Under the pieces are notes generated by a model, which searched no databases, was not told where the DNA came from, and saw only the letters and a program-made list of their open reading frames with translations. From Eledone cirrhosa (Eukaryota): a stretch of 64,000 bases of DNA. Shown here one piece after another: positions 1 to 19,700 of this stretch. Each line of letters opens with the position of its first letter. Position 1 is the stretch's first letter. The translations under genes and the position numbers were made by a program. The DNA lies in the NCBI GenBank assembly GCA_964016885.1, contig OZ024752.1:25854001-25918000 (forward strand), read 5' to 3'.

Positions 1-2399
1 AATAACACTACCTACGACAACTATAACACCACCATCATCAACACCATAGCTAATAACACTACCAACGACAACTATAACACCACCACCATCAACATTATAG
101 CTAATAACACTACCTACGACAACTATAACATCACCACCATCAACACCATAGCTAATAACACTACCTACGACAACTATAACACCACTACCATCAACACCAT
201 GGCTAATAACATTACCAACGACAACTAGAACAACACCACCATCAACACCATAGCTTATAACACTACCAACGACAACTATAACACCACCACCATCAACACC
301 ATAGCTAATAACACTACCTACGACAACTGTAACACCACAACCATCAACATCATAGCTAATAACACAACCAACGACAACTATAACACCACCACCATCAACA
401 CCATAGCTAATAACACTACCTACGACAACTATAACAACACCACCATCAACACCATAGCTAATAACACTACCTACGACAACTATAACAACACCAGAATCAA
501 TACCATAGCTAATAACACTACCAACGACAACTATAACACCACCACCATCAACACCATAGCCAATAACACTACCTACGACAACTATAACACCACCACCATT
601 AACACCATAGCTAATAACACTACCTACGACAACTATAACATCACCACCATCAACACCATAGCTAATAACACTGCCTACGACAACTATAACACCACCACCA
701 TCAACACCATAGCTAATAACACTACCAACGACAACTAGAGCAACACCACCATCAACACCATAGCTTATAGCACTACCAACGACAACTATAACACCACCAC
801 CATCAACACCATAGATAATAACACTACCAACGACAATTATAACACCACCACCATCAACACCATAGCTAATAACACTACCAACAACAACTATAACAACACA
901 ACCATCAACACCATAGCTTATAACACTACCAACGACAACTATAACATCACCACCATCAACACCATAGCTAATAACACTATCTACGACAACTATAACACCA
1001 CCACCATCAACACCATAGCTAATAACATTACCTACGACAACTATAACATCACCACCATCAACACCATAGCTAATAACACTACCTACGACAACTATAACAC
1101 CACCACCATCAACACCATAGCTAATAACATAACCAACGACAACTATAACACCACCACCATCAACATCATAGCTAATAACACTACCAACGACAACTATAAC
1201 ACCACCACCATCAACACCATAGATAATAACACTACCAACGACAACTATAACACCACCACCATCAACATCATAGCTAATAACACTACCAACGACAACTATA
1301 ACACCACCACCATCAACACCATAGCTAATAACACAACCAACGACAACTATAACAACACCAACATCAACACCATAGCTAATAACACTACCTACGACAACTA
1401 TAACACCACCACCATCAACACCATAGCTAATAACACTACCTACGACAACTATAACACCACCACCATCAACACCATAGCTAATAAGAAAAACCTACGATAA
1501 CTGTAACAACACCACCATCAACACCATAGCTAATAACACTACCAACGACAACTATAACACCACCACCATCAACACCATAGCTAATAACACTACCTACGAC
1601 AATTATAACAACAACACTACAGCTAATAACACTACCTACGACAACTATAACACCACCACCATCAACACCATGGCTAATAACACTACCTACGACAACTATA
1701 ACAACACCACCATCAACACCATAGCTAATAACACTACCTACGACAAATATAACAACACCAGAATCAACACCATAGCTAATAACACTACCAACGACAACTA
1801 TAACACCACCACCATCAACACCATAGCCAATAACACTACCTACGTCAACTATAACACCACCACCATCAACACCATAGCTAATAACACTACCTACGACAAC
1901 TATAACACCACCACCATCAACACCATAGATAATAACACTACCAACAACAACTATAACAACACCACCATCAACACCATGGCTAATAACACTACCTACGACA
2001 ACTATAACACCACCACCATCAACACCATATCTAATAACACTACCTACGACAACTATAACATCAACACCATCAACACCATAGCTAATAACACTACCTACGA
2101 CAACTATAACACCACCACCATCAACACCATAGCTAATAACACTACCAACGACAACTAGAGCAACACCACCATCAACACCATAGCTTATAGCACTACCAAC
2201 GACAACTATAACACCACCACCATCAACACCATAGCTAATAACACTACCTACGACAACTATAACACCACCACCATCAACATCATAGCTAATAACACTACCA
2301 ACGACAACTCTTACACCACAACCATCAACATCATAGCTAATAACACTACCAACGACAACTATAACACCACCACCATCAACACCATAGATAATAACACTA

Positions 2400-5300
2400 C
2401 CAACGACAATTATAACACCACCACCATCATCACCATAGCTAATAACACTACCAACAACAACTATAACAACACAACCATCAACACCATAGCTTATAACACT
2501 ACCAACGACAACTATAACATCACCACCATCAACACCATAGCTAATAACACTATCTACGACAACTATAACACCACCACCATCAACACCATAGCTAATAACA
2601 CTACCAACGACAAATATAACAACACCAACATCAACACCATAGCTAATAACACTACCTACGACAACTATAACACCACCACCATCAACACCATAGCTAATAA
2701 CACTACCAACGACAACTAGAACAATACCACCATCAACACCATAGCTTATAACACTACCAACGACAAATATAACACCACCACCATCAACACCATAGCTAAT
2801 AACACTACCTACGACAACTATAACACCACCACCATCAACACCATAGGTAATAACACTACCAAGGACAACTATATCATCACCACCATCAACACCATAGCTA
2901 ATAACACTACCTACGACAACTATAACAACACCACCATCAACATCATAGCTAATAACACTACATACGACACCTATAACAACACCACCATCAACACCATAGC
3001 TAATAACACTACCTAAGACAACTATAACAACACCACCATCAACACCATAGCTAATAATACTTCCTACGACAACTATAATAACACCACCATCGACACCATA
3101 GCGAATAACACTACCTACGACAACTATAATAACACCACCATCAACATCATAGCTAATAACACTACCTACGACAACTATAACACCACCACCATCAACACCA
3201 TAGCAAATAACACTACCAACAACAACTATAATAACACCACCATCAACACCATAACAAAAAACACTACCCACGACAACTATAACAACAAAACCATAGCTAG
3301 TAACACTACCAACGACAACTATAACACTACCACCATCAACACCATAGCTAGTAACACTACCAACGACAACTATAACACCACCACCATCAACACCATAGCT
3401 AATAACACTACCTACGACAACTATAACACCACCAACATCAACACCATAGCTTATAAAACTACCTACGACAACTATAACACCTCCACCATCAACATCATAG
3501 CTAATAACACAACCAACGACAACTATAACACCACCACCATCAACATCATAGCTAATAACACTACCAACGACAACTATAACACCACCACCATCAACACCAT
3601 AGATAATAACACTACCAACGACAATTATAACACCACCACCATCAACATCATAGCTAATAACACTACCAACGACAACTATAACACCACCAACATCAACACC
3701 ATAGCTTATAACACTACCTACAACAACTATAACACCACCATCATCAACACCATAGCTAATAACACTACCAACGACAACTATAACAACACCACCATCAACA
3801 CCATAGCTAATAACACTACCTACGACAACTATAACATCACCACCATCAACACCATAGCTAATAACACTACCTACGACAACTATAACACCACCACCATCAA
3901 CATCATAGCTAATAACACTACCAACGACAATTATAACACCATCACCATCAACACCATAGATAATAACACTACCAACGACAACTATAACACCACCACCATC
4001 AACATCATAGCTAATAACACTACCAACGACAACTATAACAACACCACATCAACACCATAGCTAATAACACTACCTACGACGACTATAACACCACCACCAT
4101 CAACACCATAGCTAATAACACTACCTACGACAACTATAACACCACCACCATCAACACCATAGCTAATAAGAAAAACCTACGATAACTGTAACAACACCAC
4201 CATCAACACCATAGCTAATAACACTACCTACGACAATTATAACAACAACACTATAGCTAATAACACTACCTACGACAACTATAACACCACCACCATCAAC
4301 ACCATGGCTAATGACACTACCTACGACAACTATAACAACACCACATCAACACCATAGCTAATAACACTACCTACGACAACTATAACACCACCACCATCAA
4401 CACCATAGCTAATAACACTACCAACGACAACTAGAGCAACACCACCATCAACACCGTAGCTTATAGCACTACCAACAACAACTATAACACCACCACCATC
4501 AACACCATAGCTAATAACACTACCTACGACAACTATAACACCACCACCATCAACATCATAGCTAATAACACTACCAACGACAACTATAACACCACCACCA
4601 TCAACATCATAGCTAATAACACTACCAACGACAACTATAACACCACCACCATCAACACCATAGATAATAACACTACCAACGACAATTATAACAACACCAC
4701 CATCAACACCATAGCTAATAACACTACCAACAACAACTATAACAACACAACCATCAACCCCATAGCTTATAACACTACCAACGACAACTATAACATCACC
4801 ACCATCAACACCATAGCTAATAACACTATCTACGACAAATATAACACCACCACCATCAACACCATAGCTAATAACACTACCTACGACAACTATAACATCA
4901 CCACCACCAACACCATAGCTAATAACACTACCTACGACAACTATAACACCACCACCATCAACACCATAGCTAATAACACAACCAACGACAACTATAACAC
5001 CACCACCATCAACATCATAGCTAATAACACTACCAACGACAACTATAACACCACCACCATCAACACCATAGCTAATAACACAACCAACGACAACTATAAC
5101 AACACCAACATCAACATCATAGCTAATAACACTACCTACGACAACTATAACACCACCACCATCAACACCATAACTAATAACACTACCCACGACAACTATA
5201 ACAACAACACCATAGCTAGTAACACTACCTACGACAACTATAACACCACCACCATCAACACCATAGCTAATAACACTACCAACGACAACTAGAACAACAC

Positions 5301-8200
5301 CCCCATCAACACCATAGCTTATAACACTATCTACGACAACTATAACACCACCACCATCAACACCATAGCTAATAACACTACCAACAACAACTATAACACC
5401 ACCACCATCAACACCATAGCTAATAACACTACCAACGACAAATATAACAACACCAACATCAACACCATAGCTAATAACACTACCTACGACAACTATAACA
5501 CCACCACCATCAACACCATAGCTAATAACACTACCAACGACAACTAGAACAATACCACCATCAACACCATAGCTTATAACACTACCAACGACAAATATAA
5601 CACCACCACCATCAACACCATAGCTAATAACACTACCTACGACAACTATAACACCACCACCATCAACACCGTAGGTAATAACACTACCAAGGACAACTAT
5701 ATCATCACCACCATCAACACCATAGCTAATAACACTACCTACGACAATTATAACAACACCACCATCAACATCATAGCTAATAACACTACATACGACACCT
5801 ATAACAACACCACCATCAACACCATAGCTAATAACACTACCTACGACAACTATAACAACACCACCATCAACACCATAGCTAATAATACTTCCTACGACAA
5901 CTATAATAACACCACCATCAACACCATAGCTAATAACACTACCTACGACAACTATAATAACACCACCATCAACATCATAGCTAATAACACTACCTACGAC
6001 AACTATAACACCACCACCATCAACACCATAGCAAATAACACTACCAACAACAACTATAATAACACCACCATCAACACCATAACAAAAAACACTACCCACG
6101 ACAACTATAACAACAACACCATAGCTAGTAACACTACCAACGACAACTATAACACCACCACCATCAACACCATAGCTAGTAACACTACCAACGACAACTA
6201 TAACACCACCAACATCAACACCATAGCTTATAAAACTACCTACGACAACTATAACACCACCACCATCAACATCATAGCTAATAACACAACCAACGACAAC
6301 TATAACACCACCACCATCAACATCATAGCTAATAACACTACCAACGACAACTATAACACCACCACCATCAACACCATAGATAATAACACTACCAACGACA
6401 ATTATAACACCACCACCATCAACATCATAGCTAATAACACTACCAACGACAACTATAACACCACCAACATCAACACCATAGCTTATAACACTACCTACAA
6501 CAACTATAACACCACCATCATCAACACCATAGCTAATAACACTACCAACGACAACTATAACAACACCACCATCAACACCATAGCTAATAACACTACCTAC
6601 GACAACTATAACATCACCACCATCAACACCATAGCTAATAACACTACCTACGACAACTATAACACCACTACCATCAACACCATAGCTAATAACATTACCA
6701 ACGACAACTATAACAACACCACCATCAACACCATAGCTTATAACACTACCAACGACAACTATAACACCACCACCATCAACACCATAGCTAATAACACTAC
6801 CTACGACAACTATAACACCACCACCATCAACATCATAGCTAATAACACTACCAACGACAACTATAACACCATCACCATCAACACCATAGATAATAACACT
6901 ACCAACGACAACTATAACACCACCACCATCAACATCATAGCTAATAACACTACCAACGACAACTATAACACCACCACCATCAACACCATAGCTAATAACA
7001 CAACCAACGACAACTATAACAACACCAACATCAACACCATAGCTAATAACACTACCTACGACAACTATAACACCACCACCATCAACACCATAGCTAATAA
7101 CACTAACTACGACAACTATAACACCACCACCATCAACACCATAGCTAATAAGAAAAACCTACGATAACTGTAACAACACCACCATCAACACCATAGCTAA
7201 TAACACTACCTACGACAATTATAACAACAACACTATAGCTAATAACACTACCTACGACAACTATAACACCACCACCATCAACACCATGGCTAATGACACT
7301 ACCTACGACAACTATAACAACACCACATCAACACCATAGCTAATAACACTACCTACGACAACTATAACACCACCACCATCAACACCATAGCTAATAACAC
7401 TACCAACGACAACTAGAGCAACACCACCATCAACACCGTAGCTTATAGCACTACCAACAACAACTATAACACCACCACCATCAACACCATAGCTAATAAC
7501 ACTACCTACGACAACTATAACACCACCACCATCAACATCATAGCTAATAACACTACCAACGACAACTATAACACCACCACCATCAACATCATAGATAATA
7601 ACACTACCAACGACAACTATAACACCACCACCATCAACACCATAGATAATAACACTACCAACGACAATTATAACACCACCACCATCAACACCATAGCTAA
7701 TAACACTACCAACAACAACTATAACAACACAACCATCAACCCCATAGCTTATAACACTACCAACGACAACTATAACATCACCACCATCAACACCATAGCT
7801 AATAACACTATCTACGACAACTATAACACCACCACCATCAACACCATAGCTAATAACACTACCTACGACAACTATAACATCACCACCATCAACACCATAG
7901 CTAATAACACTACCTACGACAACTATAACACCACCACCATCAACACCATAGATAATAACACAACCAAGGACAACTATAACACCACCACCATCAACATCAT
8001 AGCTAATAACACTACCAACGACAACTATAACACCACCACCATCAACACCATAGCTAATAACACAACCAACGACAACTATAACAACACCAACATCAACACC
8101 ATAGCTAATAACACTACCTACGACAACTATAACACCACCACCATCAACACCATAACTAATAACACTACCCACGACAACTATAACAACAACACCATAGCTA
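2400..8200 (+). repeat. Imperfect, overlapping 2.8-3.0 kb higher-order duplications
   Basis: Offset 2828 for TAGGTAATAAC (about 2843/5671) and ATAACAAAAAACACTACCCAC (3251/6079). Offset 2982 for AATAAGAAAAACC (4165/7147) and ORF ends 4330/7312. Boundaries are approximate. Confidence 0.75.
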
Positions 8201-11200
8201 GTAACACTACCAACGACAACTATAACACCACCACCATCAACACCATAGCTAATAACACTACCTACGACAACTATAATAACACCACCATCAGCACCATAGC
8301 TAATAACACTACCTACGACAAATATAACAACACCACCATCAACACCATAGCTAATAACACTACCTACGACAACTATAACTACACCACCATCAACATCATA
8401 GCTAATAACACTACCTACGACAACTATAACACCACCACCATCAACACCATAGCTAATAACACTACCAACAACAACTATAATAACACCACCATCAACACCA
8501 TAACTAATAACACTACCCACGACAACTATAACAACAACACCATAGCTAGTAACACTACCAACGACAACTATAACACCACCACCATCAGCACCATAGCTAG
8601 TAACACTACCAACGACAACTATAACACCACCACCAACAACACCATAGCTAATAACACTACCTACGACAACTATAACACCACCAACATCAACACCATAGCT
8701 TATAAAACTACCTACGACAACTATAACACCACCACCATCAACATCATAGCTAATAACACTACCAACGACAACTATAACACCACCACCATCAACATCATAG
8801 TTAATAACACTACCAACGACAACTATAACACCACCACCATCAACACCATAGCTAATAACACTACCAACGACAACTATAACAACACCAACATCAACACCAT
8901 AGCTAATAACACTACCAACGACAACTATAACACCACCACCATCAACACCATAGATAATAACACTACCAACGACAATTATAACACCACCACCATCAACATC
9001 ATAGCTAATAACACTACCAACGACAACTATAACACCACCACCATCAACACCATAGCTAATAACACTACCAACGACAACTATAACAACACCAACATCAACA
9101 CCATAGTTAATAACACTACCTACGACAACTATAACACCACCACCATCAACACCATAGCTAATAACACTACATACGACAACTATAACACCACCACCATCAA
9201 CACCATAGCTAATAACACTACCTACGACAACTATAACAACACCAACATCAACACCATAGCTTATAACACTACCTACGACAACTATAACACCACCATCATC
9301 AACACCATAGCTAATAACACTACCAACGACAACTATAACAACACCAACCTCAACACCATAGCTAATAACACTACCTACGACAACTATAACACCACCACCA
9401 TCAACACCATAGCTAATAACACTACCTCCGACAAGTATAACACCACCACCATCAACATCATAGCTAATAACACAACCAACGACAACTATAACACCACCAC
9501 CATCAACATCATAGCTAATAACACTACCAACGACAACTATAACACCATCACCATCAACACCATAGATAATAACACTACCAATGACAACTATAACACCACC
9601 ACCATCAACATCATAGCTAATAACACTACCAACGACAACTATAACACCACCACCATCAACACCATAGCTAATAACACAACCAACGACAACTATAACAACA
9701 CCAACATCAACATCATAGCTAATAACACTACCTACGACGACTATAACACCACCACCATCAACACCATAGCTAATAACACTACCTACGACAACTATAACAC
9801 CACCACCATCAACACCATAGCTAATAACACTACCTACGACAATTATAACCACAACACTATAGTTAATAACACTACCTACGACAACTATAACACCACCACC
9901 ATCAACACCATGGCTAATAACACTACCTACGACAACTATAACAACACCACCATCAACACCATAGCTAATAACACTACCTACGACAACTATAACAACACCA
10001 GAATCAACACCATAGCTAATAACACTACCAACGACAACTATAACACCACCACCATCAACACCATAGCCAATAACACTACCTACGACAACTATAATACCAC
10101 CACCATCAACACCATAGCTAATAACACTACCTACGACAACTATAACACCACCACCATCAACACCATAGATAATAACACTACCAACAACAACTATAACAAC
10201 ACCACCATCAACACCATAGCTTATAACACTGCCAACGACAACTATAACATCACCACCATCAACACCATAGCTAATAACACTACCTACGACAACTATAACA
10301 CCACCACCATCAACACCATATCTAATAACACTACCTACGACAACTATAACATCAACACCATCAACACCATAGCTAATAACACTACCTACGACAACTATAA
10401 CACCACCACCATCAACACCATGGCTAATAACACTACCAACGACAACTATAACACCACCACCATCAACACCATAGCTAATAACACTAACTACGACAACTAT
10501 AACACCACCACCATCAACATCATAGCTAATAACACTACCAACGACAACTATAACACCACCACCATCAACATCATAGCTAATAACACTACCAACGACAACT
10601 ATAACACCACCACCATCAACACCATAGATAATAACACTACCAACGACAATTATAACACCACCACCACCATCAACACCATAGCTAATAACACTACCAACAA
10701 CAACTATAACAACACAACCATCAACCCCATAGCTTATAACACTATCTATGACAACTATAACACCACCACCATCAACACCATAACTAATAACACTACCTAC
10801 GACAACTATAACATCACCACCATCAACACCATAGCTAATAACACTACCTACGACAACTATAACACCACCACCATCAACACCATAGCTAATAACACAACCA
10901 ACGACAACTATAACAGCACCACCATCAACACCATAGATAATAACACTACTAACGACAACTATAACACCACCACCATCAACATCATAGCTAATAACACTAC
11001 CAACGACAACTATAACACCACCACCATCAACACCATAGCTAATAACACAACCAACGGCAACTATAACAACACCAACATCAACACCATAGCTAATAACACT
11101 ACCTACGACAACTATAACACCACCACCATCAACACCATAACTAATAACACTACCCACGACAACTATAACATCAACACCATAGCTAGTAACACTACCTACG

Positions 11201-14200
11201 ACAAGTATAACACCACCACCATCAACACCATAGCTATTAACACTACCAACGACAACTAGAACAACACCCCCATCAACACCATAGCTTATAACACTACCAA
11301 CGACAACTATAACACCACCACCATCAACACCATAGCTAATAACAATACCTACGACAACTATAACACCACCACCATCAACACCATAGCTAATAACACAACC
11401 AACGACAACTATAACAACACCAATATCATCACCATAGCTAATAACACTACCTACGACAACTATAACACCACCACCATCAACACCATAGCTAATAACACTA
11501 CCTACGATAACTGTAACAACACCACCATCAACACCATAGCTAATAACACTACCAACGACAACTATAACAACACCACCATCAACACCATAGCTAATAACAC
11601 TACCTACGACAACTATAACAACAACACTATAGCTAATAACACTACCTACGACAACTATAACACCACCACCATCAACACCATAGCTAATAACACTACCAAC
11701 AACAACTATAACAACACCACCATCAACACCATATCTTATAACACTGCCAACGACAACTATAACATCACCACCATCAAGACCATAGCTAATAACACTACCT
11801 ACGATAACTATAACACCACCACCATCAACATCATAGCTAATACCACTACCAACGACAACTATAACACCACCACCATCAACACCATAGTTAATAACACTAC
11901 CTACGACAAATATAACACCACCACCATCAATACCATAGCTAATAACACTACCAACGACAACTAGAACAACACCACCATCAACATCATAGCTAATAACACT
12001 ACCAACGACAAATATAACACCACCACCATCAACATCGTAGCTAATAACACAACCAACGACAACTGTAACACCACCAACATCAACACCATAGATAATAACA
12101 CTACCAACGACAACTATAACAACACCACCATCAACACCATAGCTTATAACACTACCAACGACAACTATAACAACACCACCATCAACACCAGAACTAATAA
12201 CACTACCTACGACAACTATAACTACACCACCATCAACATCATAGCTAATAACACTACCTACGACAACTATAACACCACCACCATCAACACCATAGCTAAT
12301 AACACTACCAACGACAACTATTATAACACCACCATCAACACCATAACTAATAACACTACCCACGAGAACTATAACAACAACACCATAGTTAGTAACACTA
12401 CCTACGACAACTATAACACCACCACCATCAACACCATAGCTAATAACACTACCAACGACAACTAGAACAACACCACCATCAACACCATAGCTTATAACAC
12501 TACCAACGACAACTATAACACCACCACCATCAACACCATAGCTAATAACACTACCTACGACAACTATAACACCACCACCATCAACACCATAGCTAATAAC
12601 ACTACCTACGACAACTATAACACCACCACCATCAACACCATAGCTAATAACACTACCTACGACAACTATAACACCACCACCATCAACACCATAGCTAATA
12701 ACACTACCTACGACAACTATAACAACACCAACATCAACACCATAGCTTATAACACTACCTACGACAACTATAACACCACCATCATCAACACCATAGCTAA
12801 TAACACTACCAACGACAACTATAACACCACCACCATCAACATTATAGCTAATAACACTACCAATGACAACTAGAACAACACCACCATCAACACCATAGCT
12901 TATAACACTACCAACGACAACTATAACACCACCACCATCAACACCATAGCTAATAACACTACCTACGACAACTATAACACCACAACCATCAACATCATAG
13001 CTAATAACACAACCAACGACAACTATAACACCACCACCATCAACATCATAGCTAATAACACTACCAACGACAACTATAACACCACCACCATCAACACCAT
13101 AGATAATAACACTACCAACGACAACTATAACACCACCACCATCAACATCATAGCTAATAACACTACCAACGACAACTATAACACCACCACCATCAACACC
13201 ATAGCTAATAGCACAACCAACGACAACTATAACAACACCAACATCAACACCATAGCTAATAACACTACCTACGGCAACTATAACCCCACCACCATCAACA
13301 CCATAGCTAATAACACTACCTACGACAACTATAACACCACCACCATCAACACCATAGCTAATAAGAAAAACCTACGATAACTGTAACAACACCACCATCA
13401 ACACCATAGCTAATAACACTACCTACGACAACTACAACACCACCACCATCAACACCATAGCTAATAACACTACCAAGGACAACTATATCATCACCACCAT
13501 CAACACCATGGCTAATAACACTACCTACGACAACTATAACAACACCACCATCAACACCATTGCTAATAACACTACCTACGACAACTATAACAACACCAGA
13601 ATCAACACCATAGCTAATAACACTACCAACGACAACTATAACACAACCACCATCAACACCATAGCCAATAACACTACCTACGACAACTATAATACCACCA
13701 CCATCAACACCATAGCTAATAACACTACCTACGACAACTATAACACCACCACCATCAACACCATAGATAATAACACTACCAACAACAACTATAACAACAC
13801 CACCATCAACACCATAGCTTATAACACTGCCAACGACAACTATAACATCACCACCATCAACACCATAGCTAATAACACTACCTACGACAACTATAACACC
13901 ACCACCATCAACACCATATCTAATAACACTACCTACGACAACTATAACATCAACACCATCAACACCATAGCTAATAACACTACCTACGACAACTATAACA
14001 CTACCACCATCAACACCATAGCTAATAACACTACCAACGACAACTAGAGCAACACCACCATCAACACCATAGCTTATAGCACTACCAACGACAACTATAA
14101 CACCACCACCATCAACACCATAGCAAATAACACTACCTACGACAACTATAACACCACCACCATCAACATCATAGCTAATAACACTACCAACGACAACTAT

Positions 14201-16794
14201 AACACCACCACCATCAACATCATAGCTAATAACACTACCAACGACAACACCACCACCATCAACACCATAGATAATAACACTACCAACGACAATTATAACA
14301 CCACCACCATCAACACTATAGCTAATAACACTACCAACAACAACTATAACAACACAACCATCAACCCCATAGCTTATAACACTACCAACGACAACTATAA
14401 CATCACCACCATCAACACCATAGCTAATAACACTACCTACGACAACTATAACACCACCACCATCAACATCATAGCTAATAACACTACCAACGACAACTAT
14501 AACACCACCACCATCAACACCATAGATAATAACACTACCAACGACAACTATAACACCACCACCATCAACATCATAGCTAATAACACTACCAACGACAACT
14601 ATAACACCACCACCATCAACACCATAGCTAATAACACAACCAACGACAACTATAACAACACCAACATCAACACCGTAGCTAATAACACTACCTACGACAA
14701 CTATAACACCACCACCATCAACACCATAGCTAATAACACTACCTACGACAACTATAACACCACCACCATCAACACCATAGCTAATAAGAAAAACCTACGA
14801 TAACTGTAACAACACCACCATCAAAACAATTGCTAATAACACTACCAACGACAACTATAACACCACCACCATCAACACCATAGCTAATAACACTACCTAC
14901 GACAATTATAACAACAACACTATAGCTAATAACACTACCTACGACAACTATAACACCACCACCATCAACACCATGGCTAATAACACTACATACGACAACT
15001 ATAACAACACCACCATCAACACCATAGCTAATAACACTACCTACGTCAACTACAACAACACCAGAATCAAGACCATAGCTAATAACACTACCAACGACAA
15101 CTATAACACCACCGCCATCAACACCATAGCCAATAACACTACCTACGACAACTATAACACCACCACCATCAACACCATAGCTAATAACACTACCTACGAC
15201 AACTATAACACCACCACCATCAACACCATAGATAATAACACTACCAACAACAACTATAACAACACCACCATCAACACCATAGCTAATAACACTACCTACG
15301 ACAATTATAACACCACCACCATCAACACCATATCTAATAACACTACCTACGACAACTATAACATCAACACCATCAACACCATAGCTAATAACACTACCTA
15401 CGACAACTATAACACCACCACCATCAACATCATAGCTAATAACACTACCAACGACAACTATAACACCACCACCATCACATCATAGCTAATAACACTACCA
15501 ACGACAACTATAACACCACCACCATCAACACCATAGATAATAACACTACCAACGACAATTATAACACCACCACCATCAACACCATAGCTAATAACACGAC
15601 CAACAACAACTATAACAACACAACCATCAACACCATAGCTTATAACACTACCAACGACAACTATAACATCACCACCATCAACACCATAGCTAATAACACT
15701 ATCTACGACAACTATAACACCACCACCATCAACACCATAGCTAATAACACTACCTACGACAACTATAACATCACCACCATCAACACCATAGCTAATAACA
15801 CTACCTACGACAACTATAACACCACCACCATCAACACCATAGCTAATAACACTACCAACGACAACTATAACACCACCACCATCAACACCATAGCTAATAA
15901 CACTACCTACGACAACTACAACACCACCACCATCAACACCATAACTAATAACACTACCAAGGACAACTATATCATCACCACCATCAACATCATAGCTAAT
16001 AACACTACCTACGACAACTATAATAACACCACCATCAACATCATAGCTAATAACACTACCTACGACAACTATAACAACACCACCATCAACACCATAGCTA
16101 ATAACACTACCTACGACAACTATAACAACACCACCATCAACACCATAGCTAATAATACTTCCTACGACAACTATAATAACACCACCATCAACACCATAGC
16201 TAATAACACTACCTACGACAACTATAATAACACCACCATCAGCACCATAGCTAATAACACTACCTACGACAAATATAACAACACCACCATCAACACCATA
16301 GCTAATAACACTACCTACGACAAGTATAACTACATCACCATCAACATCATAGCTAATAACACTACCTACGACAACTATAACACCACCACCATCAACACCA
16401 TAGCTAATAACACTACCAACAACAACTATAATAACACCACCATCAACACCATAACTAATAGCACTACCCACGACAACTATAACAACAACACCATAGCTAG
16501 TAACACTACCAACGACAACTATAACACCACCACCATCAACACCATAGCTAGTAACACTACCAACGACAACTATAACACCACCACCATCAACACCATAGCT
16601 AATAACACTACCTACGACAACTATAACACCTCCAACATCAACACCATAGCTTATAAAACTACCTACGACAACTATAAAAACACCACCATCAACATCATAG
16701 CTTATAACACTACCTACGACAACTATAACACCACCACCATCAACACCATAGCTAATAACACTACCTACGACAACTATAACAACACCAACATCAA

Positions 16795-19700
16795 CACCAT
16801 AGCTAATAACACTACCTACGATAACTGTAACAACACCACCATCAACATCATAACTAAAAACACTACCAACGACAACTATAACACCACGACTATCAACACC
16901 ATAGCTAATAACACTACCTACGACAACTATAAGAACAACACCATAGCTAATAACACTACCTACGACAACTATAACAACACCAGAATCAAAACCATAGCTA
17001 ATAACACTACCAACGACAACTATAACACCACCACCATCAACACCATGGCTAATAACACTACCAACGACAACTATAACAACACCACAATCAACACCATAGC
17101 TAATAACACTACCTACGACAACTATAACAACAACAACATAGCTAATAACAATACCAACGACAACTATAACGACACCACCATCAACACCATGGCTAATAAC
17201 ACTACCTACGACAACTATAACAACACCACCATCAACACCATGGCTAATAACACTACCTACGACAACTATAACAACACCACCATCAACACCATAGCTAATA
17301 ACACTACCTACGTCAACTATAACAACACCAGAATCAAGACCATAGCTAATAACACTACCAACGACAATTATAACACCACCACCATCAACACCATAGCCAA
17401 TAACACTACCTACGACAACTATAACACCACCACCATCAACACCATAGCTAATAACACTACCTACGACAACTATAACACCACCACCATCAACACCATAGAT
17501 AATAACACTACCAACAACAACTATAACAACACCACCATCAACACCATAGCTAATAACACTACCTACGACAACTATAACACCACCACCATCAACACCATAT
17601 CTAATAACACTACCTACGACAACTATAACATCAACACCATCAACACCATAGCTAATAACACTACCTACGACAACTATAACACCACCACCATCAACACCAT
17701 AGCTAATAACACTACCAACGACAACAAGAGCAACACCACCATCAACACCATAGCTTATAGCACTACCAACGACAACTATAACACCACCACCATCAACACC
17801 ATAGCTAATAACACTACCTACGACAACTATAACACCACCACCATCAACACCATAGATAATAACACTACCAACAACAACTATAACATCACCACCATCAACA
17901 CCATAGCTAATAACACTATCTACGACAACTATAACACCACCACCATCAACACCATAGCTAATAACACTACCTACGACAACTATAACATCACCACCATCAA
18001 CACCATAGCTAATAACACTACCTACGACAACTATAACACCACCACCATCAACACCATAGCTAATAACACAACCAACGACAACTATAACACCACCACCATC
18101 AACATCATAGCTAATAACACTACCAACGACAACTATAACACCACCACCATCAACACCATAGCTAATAACACAACCAACGACAACTATAACAACACCAACA
18201 TCAACACCATAGCTAATAACACTACCTACGACAACTATAACACCACCACCATCAACACCATAACTAATAACACTACCCACGACAACTATAACAACAACAC
18301 CATAGCTAGTAACACTACCTACGACAACTATAACACCACCACCATCAACACCATAGCTAATAACACTACCAACGACAACTAGAACAACACCCCCATCAAC
18401 ACCATAGCTTATAACACTACCAACGACAACTATAACACCACCACCATCAACACCATAGCTAATAACACTACCTACGACAACTATAATAACACCACCATCA
18501 GCACCATAGCTAATAACACTACCTACGACAAATATAACAACACCACCATCAACACCATAGCTAATAACACTACCTACGACAACTATAACTACACCACCAT
18601 CAACATCATAGCTAATAACACTACCTACGACAACTATAACACCACCACCATCAACACCATAGCTAATAACACTACCAACAACAACTATAATAACACCACC
18701 ATCAACACCATAACTAATAACACTACCCACGACAACTATAACAACAACACCATAGCTAGTAACACTACCAACGACAACTATAACACCACCACCCTCAACA
18801 CCATAGCTAGTAACACTACCAACGACAACTATAACACCACCACCAACAACACCATAGCTAATAACACTACCTACGACAACTATAACACCACCAACATCAA
18901 CACCATAGCTTATAAAACTACCTACGACAACTATAACACCACCACCATCAACATCATAGCTAATAACACTACCAACGACAACTATAACACCACCACCATC
19001 AACATCATAGTTAATAACACTACCAACGACAACTATAACACCACCACCATCAACACCATAGCTAATAACACTACCAACGACAACTATAACAACACCAACA
19101 TCAACACCATAGCTAATAACACTACCAACGACAACTATAACACCACCACCATCAACACCATAGATAATAACACTACCAACGACAATTATAACACCACCAC
19201 CATCAACATCATAGCTAATAACACTACCAACGACAACTATAACACCACCACCATCAACACCATAGCTAATAACACTACCAACGACAACTATAACAATACC
19301 AACATCAACACCATAGTTAATAACACTACCTACGACAACTATAACACCACCACCATCAACACCATAGCTAATAACACTACCTACGACAACTATAACACCA
19401 CCACCATCAACACCATAGCTAATAACACTACCTACGACAACTATAACAACACCAACATCAACACCATAGCTTATAACACTACCTACGACAACTATAACAC
19501 CACCATCATCAACACCATAGCTAATAACACTACCAACGACAACTATAACAACACCAACCTCAACACCATAGCTAATAACACTACCTACGATAACTGTAAC
19601 AACACCACCATCAACATCATAACTAAAAACACTACCAACGACAACTATAACACCACGACTATCAACACCATAGCTAATAACACTACCTACGACAACTATA